From: an uncultured Lachnospira sp.
Lineage (GTDB): Bacteria > Bacillota > Clostridia > Lachnospirales > Lachnospiraceae
Reading direction: 5' to 3'
NCBI GenBank assembly: GCA_964482965.1
Contig: CAYZZP010000014.1
Coordinates: 552 to 64,551, forward strand
DNA: 64,000 nt
Each line of letters opens with the position of its first letter. Within the stretch, counting starts at the first letter, position 1. Shown here piece by piece: positions 27,802 through 37,331 of this stretch. The notes beneath the pieces are model-generated. The model was not told the DNA's origin and made no database searches. It was given only the letters and a program-made list of their open reading frames with translations. The translations under genes were made by a program, and so were the position numbers.

Positions 27802-28860
27802 ATGAAAGCTTGGGAGAGTAATATAAGAAGAGTAGAACCGTATGTTCCGGGAGAGCAGCCAAAGGCAGCGGATGTAGTTAAGTTGAACACTAATGAAAAT
27901 CCTTATCCGCCGTCGCCGAAGGTTGTAGAGGCAGCAAAAGAATTTGATTACGACAGGCTGAGGCTCTATCCGGACCCGGAGGCGGCTGTGCTGGCAGAAG
28001 CCATAGCCGAAAGATATGGTTTGAATAAGAATCAGATTTTTGTGGGAGTTGGCTCGGATGATGTAATAGCCATGTCATTTCTTACATTTTTTAACTCGGA
28101 AAAGCCTGTGCTTTTTCCTAACATTTCTTACTCATTTTACAGCGTATGGGCTGAGTTGTTTGGTATAAAGTATGAGAAGGTGGATGTTGACGAAAACTTC
28201 AATATAATTCCTGAAAGCTTTAAAAGAACTAATGGGGGAATTATATTTCCTAATCCTAACGCGCCTACATCAATTTATATGGAGCTTGAAAAGGTGGAGG
28301 ATATAATACGCAGCAATCAGGAGTCGGTGGTTATAGTTGACGAGGCGTATATTGATTTTGGCGGACAGTCCGCTTATAAGCTTATTGATAAATATGACAA
28401 TCTGCTGGTAGTCCAGACCTATTCAAAGTCACGTTCTATGGCAGGGATGAGAATTGGCTATGCTATGGGAAATGCCGAACTTATCAAGGCGTTAAATGAT
28501 GTAAAATTTTCATATAATTCATACACCATGAACCAAACTTCGATTGTTTATGGTGTTGAGGCTATGAAGGACGAAGAATATTTCAGGGAGTGCGTGGATA
28601 AGATAATTAATACAAGGGAGCGTTCTGCAAAAAAACTGGCAGAGCTTGGATTTACATTTCCCGAGTCTAAAACTAATTTTATATTTGCAACACACATCAG
28701 GGTTCCGGCAAAGAAGATATTTGAGGAGCTTAGGAACAGAAAAATATTTGTCAGATATTTCAATCAGCCTATGATTGACGATTATCTCAGAATAACAATC
28801 GGAACTGACGAGCAGATGGATAAGCTGTTTGACGCTCTTGAAGAAATTGTTGCTGAGTGA
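27802..28860 (+). CDS. hisC: Histidinol-phosphate aminotransferase
   Basis: KLNTNENPY, NPNAPT, VDEAYIDF, TYSKSRSMAGMRIG; GGAGG before ATG 27802. Confidence 0.93.
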   Translation: MKAWESNIRRVEPYVPGEQPKAADVVKLNTNENPYPPSPKVVEAAKEFDYDRLRLYPDPEAAVLAEAIAERYGLNKNQIFVGVGSDDVIAMSFLTFFNSEKPVLFPNISYSFYSVWAELFGIKYEKVDVDENFNIIPESFKRTNGGIIFPNPNAPTSIYMELEKVEDIIRSNQESVVIVDEAYIDFGGQSAYKLIDKYDNLLVVQTYSKSRSMAGMRIGYAMGNAELIKALNDVKFSYNSYTMNQTSIVYGVEAMKDEEYFRECVDKIINTRERSAKKLAELGFTFPESKTNFIFATHIRVPAKKIFEELRNRKIFVRYFNQPMIDDYLRITIGTDEQMDKLFDALEEIVAE

Positions 28861-28939
28861 GAAAGTTTGAAAGTAAACTTTCAAACTGCTTATTTAGGCA
28901 GTATCGCAAGCCTGGCTTGCGATATGCGGAGGTATAATA

Positions 28940-29557
28940 ATGGCAGTTACATTTGATAAAAGAAATTTTCAAAAAGAATTAGAGCATAAACTTGAACAAA
29001 TACAGGCCGCGGGTGAAGTTCCGCGGCTTTTGCTGCATAGCTGCTGCGCTCCATGCAGCAGTTACTGTATAGAATATTTGTCGCAATATTTTGAGATTAC
29101 GGTATTTTACTTTAATCCCAATATATCTGTGGAGGAGGAGTACCGCAAGAGAGTCTCGGAGCAGCAGAGATTTATAAGGGAGTTTCCTGCAAAACACAAA
29201 GTGGATTTTATAGAGGGAGACTATGAGACGAAGCATTTCCTTGAAGCAGTAAAAGGATATGAAAAGTGTCCTGAGGGCGGGGAGAGGTGTTTTATTTGTT
29301 ACAGGCTCCGGCTGGAGGAGACGGCGAAGCTGGCAAAGTCTCTTGGATATGATTACTTTACGACAACTCTTACCATAAGCCCTCTGAAAAACAGCGCAAA
29401 GCTTAACGAGATTGGGTGGGAGCTGGGTGAAATGTATGAGGTTCCTTATCTGTTGTCGGATTTTAAGAAAAGAGAGGGCTATAAGCGTTCAATAGAGCTG
29501 TCTAAAGAATATGAGTTGTATCGGCAAAATTATTGCGGATGTGTGTATTCGCATTGA
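28940..29557 (+). CDS. queH: Epoxyqueuosine reductase QueH (DUF208)
   Basis: LLLHSCCAPCS, FNPNI, EGGERCFICY, YRQNYCGC. Confidence 0.92.
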   Translation: MAVTFDKRNFQKELEHKLEQIQAAGEVPRLLLHSCCAPCSSYCIEYLSQYFEITVFYFNPNISVEEEYRKRVSEQQRFIREFPAKHKVDFIEGDYETKHFLEAVKGYEKCPEGGERCFICYRLRLEETAKLAKSLGYDYFTTTLTISPLKNSAKLNEIGWELGEMYEVPYLLSDFKKREGYKRSIELSKEYELYRQNYCGCVYSH

Positions 29558-29636
29558 TTTAGTTGGATATTGTGTGATATAATAATATAAATGTATTTTA
29601 CAAATGAACGAGATTATATGAAAGGGAGGTAATATT

Positions 29637-30353
29637 ATGGCTAAAAAGGGTTGGTTAAAGGCAGTTGTTGGTATTGGCGCAGTTGCGGTTGCAGGAAAGG
29701 TGGCTTATGACAAGTTAAAGACTGTCAGAGAAGAATATTCTAAGGAAGAATCTGAGAGCGTAGATGCAGAAGTTAAGAAATACAATGCTGTAATGGATAA
29801 GAAGATTGTTGAAGTTGAGGACGAGGAGTTTACAGGCTGCGAGGTAAAAACTGTTCTTTCTAATACAGTTATTGACTTGGGGCTTGCTACCTTTGAGAAG
29901 GATGTATATATTAATTTGACAAGTAAGTTCAGCAATCTTACGATTATACTTCCGGAAGGCGTTAATGTGGCTATGGATGTCGAGGCGGCTATGAGCTGCG
30001 TAAACAGCAGAGTGGAGAATACAGACGAGGAAGGCATTAGCACTGTATATGTAATAGGCAAGGCGTTTATGAGCTGCGTAGAGGTGCTTCCTGTTAATTT
30101 TTATGTGGACGACGACGGAGATTTTGAAGATGTGATTGAGCCGTCTGATGATGTGACTGACGAGGTTGAAGCGGCGCAGACTGAGGCGGAGGTTGATAGT
30201 GAGAATGCTGACGACGGACAGGAAACGACTGCTGCAGATGATGTGAAGCCGGAAGCTGAGACGGTGAAAGAGACGGTTAAGGAGGCAGCAGACAAGGTGA
30301 GTGCTGATAAGGAGACTGAAAGCACAGTTGAAGTGAATTTGGAAGAAATTTAA
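29637..30353 (+). CDS. Hypothetical membrane-anchored protein with LiaF/DUF2154-like beta region and acidic tail
   Basis: N-terminal hydrophobic segment, IDL...TIILPEGVNV pattern, D/E-rich C-terminus; GGGAGG RBS. Confidence 0.6.
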   Translation: MAKKGWLKAVVGIGAVAVAGKVAYDKLKTVREEYSKEESESVDAEVKKYNAVMDKKIVEVEDEEFTGCEVKTVLSNTVIDLGLATFEKDVYINLTSKFSNLTIILPEGVNVAMDVEAAMSCVNSRVENTDEEGISTVYVIGKAFMSCVEVLPVNFYVDDDGDFEDVIEPSDDVTDEVEAAQTEAEVDSENADDGQETTAADDVKPEAETVKETVKEAADKVSADKETESTVEVNLEEI

Positions 30354-30425
30354 TTACTAAATTTAAGCTGCAGGTAAGGCAGGCGGACAACCCGGCTGTT
30401 AGATCTGTTTTGTAAGATAAGGGAT

Positions 30426-31118
30426 ATGAAATACAGAGATAAGATTATTAAGTATTTTGAAGAATTGCCGCAGGGAAGCGTGGTTTCTGCTAATCAGTTG
30501 TATGAAAAGGAATTTTCAAAAATGACTGAAGCAGCGTTTTTCAAGGCTATGGAAAGACTGGCGAAGGACGGAGTCCTTAAGCGGGTAGGCAAGGGGCTGT
30601 ATGCAGCGGACGATATAGGCTGTAAGGCTTCAGATGCCGGAAATGCAGAGGTAATGCTTAATTACTTTTTTGGTGAGAATAATGACAATGGAATGTATAT
30701 AGGGCAGAGACTGTATGTCAAGTATGGGCTTACGGATATTGCAAGCGATGAAATTATGCTTTATTCCAATATTATCACCAAAGATACCTGTAATGTCGGA
30801 AATATTCATGTTAAGCGGGTTGATGTTGAGCTTACCTATGAGAATACCAAAATTATTGAGGCGCTTGAGATTATGCAGAATTTCGACGGTATCGAAGGGC
30901 TGAATAAAGTGAGGTTTGCCAGATTTGCCAAGCAGTTTGGCAAGATATACAATGATGAAGCAGCAGTATATGTTATAACTCATATGAAATATAAGAAATC
31001 TACCATTGCGTTTATGAAAAAGGTGCTGGATATGTACAAGGTTCCCAATTCGCTGCAGCAGTTTTTAAGCTATTCTTCCAAGTACAAGGTGCCGCCGGTG
31101 CAAAGGGTTGCAAGATGA
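30426..31118 (+). CDS. DUF6088/AbiEi-like winged-helix protein
   Basis: AFFKAMERLAKDGVLKRVGKGLY wHTH; GMYIGQRLYVKYGLT. Confidence 0.65.
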   Translation: MKYRDKIIKYFEELPQGSVVSANQLYEKEFSKMTEAAFFKAMERLAKDGVLKRVGKGLYAADDIGCKASDAGNAEVMLNYFFGENNDNGMYIGQRLYVKYGLTDIASDEIMLYSNIITKDTCNVGNIHVKRVDVELTYENTKIIEALEIMQNFDGIEGLNKVRFARFAKQFGKIYNDEAAVYVITHMKYKKSTIAFMKKVLDMYKVPNSLQQFLSYSSKYKVPPVQRVAR

Positions 31119-31252
31119 TTGTGTGTACGGAAGAAGGACGCGGCCGTTTAGGCGGCTGTGCGAAATGTTGTGCATTGAATATGGTATGTACAATAAAAAG
31201 TACTTTACAAATGTTGCAATCGTATATATAATAGGTACAATTTGAATAGACA

Positions 31253-31349
31253 GGCAGAGTAGGATTTTGTGCGTTAAGTGCCGGGTGAACAGGGAGTTGT
31301 CACCCGGACGAAAAGTTTTCTTGCGGTACAAAGTTCGCATCCCGCTGCT
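31253..31349 (+). ncRNA. THF riboswitch
   Basis: GCAGAGTAG...GCGTTAAGTG..GGGAGTTG..ACGAA..GCGGT..GCATCCCGCTGC matches the THF aptamer pattern; upstream of folT. Confidence 0.92.
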
Positions 31350-31435
31350 ACATATTGTACTTATAAAGGCGAAAGATATGCGATTATAAATACCTCTTAT
31401 GTAGGGCAAGGGCTACTGCAAAGGAGATATTTTTT

Positions 31436-32008
31436 ATGATTAAATTTTTTGAAAATTTTGGAGCGTCTGCGAGAGAGTTTAAGAGTTTGAAGTCGCTGGT
31501 AGCGGCGGCGCTGCTGGTGGCGGTACATACAGTACTGGCATTTTTTCTGTCAGTACAGGTGACGCCGTCCCTTAGAATTTCACTGTCATTTCTTGCAAAT
31601 GTATTGATAGGCGCTATGTTTGGCCCTGTTATGGGCTTTGTGTGCGGCGGCGCAGGTGATTTGGTGCAGTTTATAATTAAGCCTTCGGGCGCATTTTTTC
31701 CGGGCTGGACTCTTAATGCGGCGCTTGCATGTATGATATACGGAATGTTTTTTTACAATAAATATCCTGTTAAGGCATTTGATTGGAAATTCTGGCTGCG
31801 TTGTATTATAGTGCTTACAGTGGACACGCTTTTTGTAAATGTGTTTTTGGGAACGCTGTGGTGTACAATTATGTACGGGAAGGGATTTTGGTTCTATTTT
31901 TCGTCAAGGTTTATAAAAAATATGGTTCAGCTTCCGATAAATATAATATTGACATATTACATTTTATGGTTTTTTAAAAAGCTAAAATTAAAGGAACATT
32001 TGAAATGA
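31436..32008 (+). CDS. folT: Folate ECF transporter S-component
   Basis: LRISLSF, GAMFGPVMG, FFPGWTL, multi-TM; THF riboswitch upstream. Confidence 0.9.
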   Translation: MIKFFENFGASAREFKSLKSLVAAALLVAVHTVLAFFLSVQVTPSLRISLSFLANVLIGAMFGPVMGFVCGGAGDLVQFIIKPSGAFFPGWTLNAALACMIYGMFFYNKYPVKAFDWKFWLRCIIVLTVDTLFVNVFLGTLWCTIMYGKGFWFYFSSRFIKNMVQLPINIILTYYILWFFKKLKLKEHLK

Positions 32009-32547
32009 TGAAAAAGATAATGATTGCGTCAGATATACACGGTTCTGCAGCTTATTGCAGACAACTGCTTGAAAGATATAAGGAGGAGCAGGCGGAGATG
32101 CTTATTCTGCTTGGCGATATTCTCTATCATGGACCGAGAAATGATTTGCCGAAGGAGTATGCGCCAAAGGAGGTTATTGCTATGCTTAATCCTATGCGCA
32201 ACGAGATAATATGCGTCAGGGGAAACTGCGACACAGAAGTTGACCAGATGGTGCTTGATTTTAACGTGCTTTGCGAGCAGGCGTATGTATGCGTAAACGA
32301 CAGGGAAATGGTACTGGTGCATGGTCATAAGCTCACAGAAAAGGAGACTCCGGCCATAAAGGAGGGCGAATATCTTTTATGCGGACATACACATATTCCA
32401 AAATGTGAGAAAAAAGACGGCTACACGCTGATTAATCCCGGTTCGGTATCTATTCCTAAGGAAAACAGCCCTCACAGCTATATTATGCTGACCGACCGTT
32501 TTTACTGGAAAGACCTTGATGGAAACGTATATATGACTGTTGAATAA
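32005..32547 (+). CDS. yfcE: YfcE-family phosphodiesterase
   Basis: SDIHG, GDILYHGPRN, RGNCD, HGH, GHTHIP, NPGSVSIPK. Confidence 0.92.
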   Translation: MMKKIMIASDIHGSAAYCRQLLERYKEEQAEMLILLGDILYHGPRNDLPKEYAPKEVIAMLNPMRNEIICVRGNCDTEVDQMVLDFNVLCEQAYVCVNDREMVLVHGHKLTEKETPAIKEGEYLLCGHTHIPKCEKKDGYTLINPGSVSIPKENSPHSYIMLTDRFYWKDLDGNVYMTVE

Positions 32548-32700
32548 ATGCTGCCGTATTGCCGGCAGGCGGCCGCCGGATGACTGCCATAGGATAGCAG
32601 CGGAAGGCATAGATACATTTTGTTTAATATTATAATTCTTTATACATTTTTAATTGATTTTAAAAACAGGTGTGATAGAGTATTTATATATTAATGAAAG

Positions 32701-33114
32701 GTGATGGATATGTCTAAATTTCGGGAAAAAATAGCAAGATTTATGATGGGCAGATATGGAATGGATTACCTGTCGAGAATGTTGATATATGTTTCGTTAT
32801 TTTTGTTAATAATAACTCTGTTTACGAATAATTCAATCCTATATGCTCTGGCAGTCATTCTTATGATATATGCATATTTCAGGACATTTTCAAAAAATGT
32901 ATCAAAGCGGTATGCAGAAAATCAGGCATATCTGAAGGTAAGATATAGAATTATTGCAAGGTTTAACCAATTCAGGGCAAGGTTCAGGGACTCGAAAACC
33001 CATAAGATATTCAAATGTCCGGGCTGCGGTCAGAAAATAAGGGTTCCAAAGCATAAAGGAAAAATAAGCATCAAATGCCCAAAATGCAGAATAGAATTTG
33101 TGAAAAAAACCTGA
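32701..33114 (+). CDS. Conserved membrane protein with C-terminal zinc ribbon
   Basis: FMMGRYGMD, two TM segments, CPGC...CPKC. Confidence 0.82.
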   Translation: MMDMSKFREKIARFMMGRYGMDYLSRMLIYVSLFLLIITLFTNNSILYALAVILMIYAYFRTFSKNVSKRYAENQAYLKVRYRIIARFNQFRARFRDSKTHKIFKCPGCGQKIRVPKHKGKISIKCPKCRIEFVKKT

Positions 33115-33147
33115 ACTAAAGCTGATTGTTGCAGTATATTAATTGAT

Positions 33148-33195
33148 TAATCCTCCGTTCGGACAAAGATAGGCGTTCCGGCGGAGGATTTTTAT
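33148..33195 (+). terminator. Rho-independent terminator
   Basis: AATCCTCCG...CGGAGGATT followed by T run. Confidence 0.7.
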
Positions 33196-33336
33196 GCGAT
33201 AGCAGTTTGTCATTAAGCCGGGCCTTAAACCCTGACCTTGATTTACAACCGCATAAGATGTATAATGAAGATTAATTACAGGCATATTTAGACGGGCAGA
33301 GCCTGCGCTGATATGTGATATTGTTAGAGGAAATTT

Positions 33337-34083
33337 ATGGAATACATAGATAACGAGCGTTTTTTGGCTGCAAGGGACAGGATTGTAGGTAAAAGCCATA
33401 ATGCTATGGGGATAGGCACGTTGTCGGAAAAAAATGTGCATGGTATTCTTAAATACTATTTTGAACCGGATGACGACAATCATGAAGTGGCGCTGGACGG
33501 CTATTTTGCGGATATTTATAACGAAAAGGGAATTATAGAGATACAGACAAGAGGTTTTTACAGGCTGAGGGAAAAATTGGCGGTATTTTTAAACCATTAT
33601 CCGGTGACGGTGGTTTATCCAATGGCATCTAACACATGGATTTCGCGGTTTGATGAAAAAAGCGGTGAGATTCTATCAAGAAGAAAATCTCCAAGACATT
33701 GCAGCGTTTACGACGCGTTTATTGAACTGTATAGGATTAAGCAGTATCTTAAATGCGAGGATTTAAGCATTATTCTTGTATTTATGGACGTGGAGGAGTA
33801 CAGGTTAAGCTCAAGAAGCAGAAAGGTTGGCAGAAAAACTTCGGATAAGTACGACAAGGTTCCTATGGGGATTACTGAAATTGTGTCCATAGAAAGACCG
33901 GAAGACTATTTGCAGTTTGTGCCATATGAGTTGGAAAATGAATTTACGTCCTCACAGTTTGCAAAGGTCTGCGGCATTGGGAGGCAGCATGCTCAGCTGG
34001 TGCTGAATATATTGAATTATGTGGGTGCCGTTGAGAGGGTTGGAAAGCAGGAGAGAAACTATCTGTATAAGGCGAAGATGTAA
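33337..34083 (+). CDS. Hypothetical protein, predicted PD-(D/E)XK nuclease fold with C-terminal wHTH
   Basis: EK..H..LK, HE...FADI...IIEIQT pattern; C-terminal FTSSQFAK..LNILNYVGAVERVGK. Confidence 0.6.
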   Translation: MEYIDNERFLAARDRIVGKSHNAMGIGTLSEKNVHGILKYYFEPDDDNHEVALDGYFADIYNEKGIIEIQTRGFYRLREKLAVFLNHYPVTVVYPMASNTWISRFDEKSGEILSRRKSPRHCSVYDAFIELYRIKQYLKCEDLSIILVFMDVEEYRLSSRSRKVGRKTSDKYDKVPMGITEIVSIERPEDYLQFVPYELENEFTSSQFAKVCGIGRQHAQLVLNILNYVGAVERVGKQERNYLYKAKM

Positions 34084-34157
34084 TATGGAAGCGCTTGATT
34101 TAAGGTGATATTTGTATGGTTATAAATATATAATAAATATAAAGCAGGAGGCGGAAT

Positions 34158-34739
34158 ATGTTTGGTTCAGGTAAAAAGAATGAGGTGGTAAAAAGCGGAA
34201 AAACGGCTTATCAGAGGATTAAAAACAGTTACATAGTTATTGCGGTTGCGTATGTGGTTTTTGGAATGAGCCTTTTGATTAAGCCTGAAATGTCGACGAG
34301 TATTATATGCTTTGCAGTGGGTGCGCTGTGCCTTATTTATTCCATTGCTACCCTTATAAAATATTTTATCGGGGACAAAAAGCGTTATTATGTAGAGCCG
34401 AATTTTATATTGCCAATACTTTTGCTGGTATTTGGAATGGTAATTATATTTAAGCCTGCAGTTATAATATCAATACTTCCTGTGACTGTGGGGATAGTTA
34501 TGGTGGTCAGCGGAGTTATCAAGCTTCAGGACAGCTTCAATCTTAAAAAATATTCCTTTGCAAAATGGTGGACTGTGCTTATATTTGCATTTGTTTCGGT
34601 TATTCTTGGAATTGTAATTCTTATAAATCCATTTGGAACGGGGCTTTTATTTACCAGAATTGTGGGCTTGTTTTTTACCATTGACGGACTTTTAAATATT
34701 GTAAGCAGCATTATGATGGGGATAAGCCGCAGATATTAG
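34158..34739 (+). CDS. HdeD/DUF308-family membrane protein
   Basis: Repeated TM pairs (..GMSLLIKP.., ..GIVILINPF..). Confidence 0.8.
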   Translation: MFGSGKKNEVVKSGKTAYQRIKNSYIVIAVAYVVFGMSLLIKPEMSTSIICFAVGALCLIYSIATLIKYFIGDKKRYYVEPNFILPILLLVFGMVIIFKPAVIISILPVTVGIVMVVSGVIKLQDSFNLKKYSFAKWWTVLIFAFVSVILGIVILINPFGTGLLFTRIVGLFFTIDGLLNIVSSIMMGISRRY

Positions 34740-34751
34740 GAATAAGTAAAA

Positions 34752-37196
34752 ATGTATGTAATAAACGGTAATGTTTTAAAAATATCCATAAGAAATCTTG
34801 TGGAGTTTGTATGCCGAAGCGGAGACATTGAATCGGGAACAGGCAGGGATTCTATCAAGGCTATGCAGGAGGGTGCAAGGCTTCACAGGAAAATACAAAA
34901 AAGTATGGGCGCGCTGTATCATGCAGAGGTGTCCTTAAAAATTGACCTTGAAAATAATAATTACACAGTTCATCTTGAGGGCCGCGCCGACGGAATTATA
35001 TGCGATTTAAGCGAGGACGGCGACGGAAACAGAGAGCCTTTGTCAGATGTAACTATTGATGAGATAAAGACTATTATGTGCGACGTGGAAAAAATGGAAA
35101 AGCCCATTTATGTACACGAGGCTCAGGCAAAATGCTACGCATATATATACGGACTGCAAAAAAATTTGGAAAATATAGCTGTCCAGCTTACATACTGCAA
35201 CCCTGAGACTGAGGCGGTAAAGCGTTTCAAGACAGAATACAGTTTTGATGAGATTAAAAGCTGGTTTTTTAAGGTTATGGGAGAATTTTACCGCTGGTGC
35301 GATTTTATATTTGAGGCGAGGGCGGTCAGGCAGGAGTCCATAGCGGGGCTTGAATTTCCATTTGAGTATAGGAAGGGACAGAGAAATCTCGTTGTCAGCG
35401 TATACAAGTCCATAGAGCAGGGACGGGCGCTTTATATACAGGCTCCTACAGGTGTTGGAAAGACTTTGTCTACGGTGTTTCCATCTGTGGCGGCAATGGG
35501 GCAGGGTATGCTTGACAAAATATTTTATCTGACCTCTAAGACCATAACCAGAAAGGTGGCAGAGGATACATTTGAACTTTTAAGGAATAATGGGCTTAAA
35601 TTCAGGGCTGTTACTCTTACAGCAAAGGATAAGCTGTGTCTTTGTGATGAGAGAAAATGTAATCCTGTGGATTGTCCTTACGCAAAAGGGCATTATGACA
35701 GGGTAAATGACGCTATATATGATGTTATTTCTAATAATTATGTTATAGACAGGGATTGTATTACGGAATATGCCGTAAAGCATGAGGTTTGTCCTTTTGA
35801 GATGGCGCTTGACATTTCTTACTGGTGCGACGGAATTATATGCGATTATAATTATGTGTTTGATCCGAATGTTTCTTTGAAACGCTATTTTTCAGACGGG
35901 GCAAAGGGAGATTATGTGTTTTTGGTGGACGAGGCGCACAATCTTGTGGACAGGGGCAGAGAAATGTACAGCGCAGTCCTTGTGAAAGAGGAGTTCTTAA
36001 AGGTAAAGAGACTGGTTAAGAATGTTGACAAGCGGCTTTCCGGCTGGCTTGATAAATGCAACAAGGAAATGCTTGGTATGAAAAGGCAGTGTGATACGGT
36101 GCGCATTTTAGACGACTGCGGCAGATTTCCTGTGACTTTGGAAAGGCTTGTGTCAGCTATGCAGATATTTTTTGAAAGACACAGGACTTTTTCTGATATG
36201 GAGGCGGTCTTGCAGCTTTTCTTTGATGTGAAGCATTTTCTTAATATGCATGATAATATGAAGGGCGGCTATGTTATATATACGGAACACAATCCGGATG
36301 GGGATTTTTGCATAAAGCTGTTTTGTGTAGACCCGTCGGACTGCCTTGCGGACAGATTTTCACAGGGCAGGGCTGCAATACTTTTTTCTGCCACGCTGCT
36401 GCCTGTAAATTATTATAAGGAAATGCTTACGGGAAACAGGGAGGATTATGCAGTGTATGCGGAATCGTCATTTGACCCGGACAAGCGGTGCGTTCTGGTG
36501 GGGCAGGATGTGAGCAGCCGTTACAGGCGGCGTAATGAGAATGAATATCGGAAAGTGTGCGGATATATTAAAGCTACGGTGGAGGCAAAGCCGGGAAAGT
36601 ATATGGTATTTTTTCCGTCCTACAGCTATATGGAGGCGGTTTTTAAGTGCTTCTGCGACGAGACGGAGTGCGACAGTGTTGTGTCGCGTGAAGAAGAACT
36701 GACGCAGGAAATGCTGGCACAGCCGGGGATACACGTTGTTTTACAGAATACAAAAATGAGGGATGAGGATAAGGAGTGGTTTCTGGGACTGTTTGACAAC
36801 TATGACTGCGGCGGGGCGCTGGTGGGCTTCTGCGTTATGGGCGGTGTGTTCTCGGAGGGGATTGATTTGAGAAATGACAGTCTTATAGGAGTGATTATTG
36901 TGGGAACAGGTCTGCCTATGATATGCAGGGAGAGGGACATTTTACGGGGATACTTTGACGAGTGCGGAAAGGACGGATTTTCCTATGCCTATGTGTATCC
37001 CGGAATGAATAAGGTGCAGCAGGCGGCAGGAAGAGTTATCAGAACTCACGAGGACGTGGGAGTGATAGAGCTGCTGGACGACAGATTTTTAAGGAGCGAG
37101 TACAGGGCGCTTTATCCGAGAGAGTGGACAAATGTAACCGCTGTTACTATGAAAAATATTGGACGGCAGGTGGAAGATTTCTGGAGAAAGGCGTAG
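34752..37196 (+). CDS. DinG/XPD-family ATP-dependent DNA helicase with N-terminal PD-(D/E)XK nuclease domain
   Basis: EGRADG..IDEIKT; QAPTGVGKT; Fe-S Cys; VDEAHN; FSATL; QQAAGRVIR. Confidence 0.9.
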   Translation: MYVINGNVLKISIRNLVEFVCRSGDIESGTGRDSIKAMQEGARLHRKIQKSMGALYHAEVSLKIDLENNNYTVHLEGRADGIICDLSEDGDGNREPLSDVTIDEIKTIMCDVEKMEKPIYVHEAQAKCYAYIYGLQKNLENIAVQLTYCNPETEAVKRFKTEYSFDEIKSWFFKVMGEFYRWCDFIFEARAVRQESIAGLEFPFEYRKGQRNLVVSVYKSIEQGRALYIQAPTGVGKTLSTVFPSVAAMGQGMLDKIFYLTSKTITRKVAEDTFELLRNNGLKFRAVTLTAKDKLCLCDERKCNPVDCPYAKGHYDRVNDAIYDVISNNYVIDRDCITEYAVKHEVCPFEMALDISYWCDGIICDYNYVFDPNVSLKRYFSDGAKGDYVFLVDEAHNLVDRGREMYSAVLVKEEFLKVKRLVKNVDKRLSGWLDKCNKEMLGMKRQCDTVRILDDCGRFPVTLERLVSAMQIFFERHRTFSDMEAVLQLFFDVKHFLNMHDNMKGGYVIYTEHNPDGDFCIKLFCVDPSDCLADRFSQGRAAILFSATLLPVNYYKEMLTGNREDYAVYAESSFDPDKRCVLVGQDVSSRYRRRNENEYRKVCGYIKATVEAKPGKYMVFFPSYSYMEAVFKCFCDETECDSVVSREEELTQEMLAQPGIHVVLQNTKMRDEDKEWFLGLFDNYDCGGALVGFCVMGGVFSEGIDLRNDSLIGVIIVGTGLPMICRERDILRGYFDECGKDGFSYAYVYPGMNKVQQAAGRVIRTHEDVGVIELLDDRFLRSEYRALYPREWTNVTAVTMKNIGRQVEDFWRKA

Positions 37197-37331
37197 GTGA
37201 AATTTTCATTCTAATTAAGTAAAATGAATTTGTATATTGCACGAGTTTATGCTAAAATAAAAGCTACTAATTAAATTAAATATCTAAATATAAGTTAATA
37301 ATGCACAGATAATAGTTGTAGGAGGAAAGAA

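Noticed and set aside
28861-28939. preQ1 riboswitch upstream of queH
   Set aside because: No preQ1 stem-loop plus A-rich tail pattern
34752-35300. Cas4/CRISPR-associated DinG
   Set aside because: No array or other cas genes; fits the stand-alone Firmicute nuclease-helicase family
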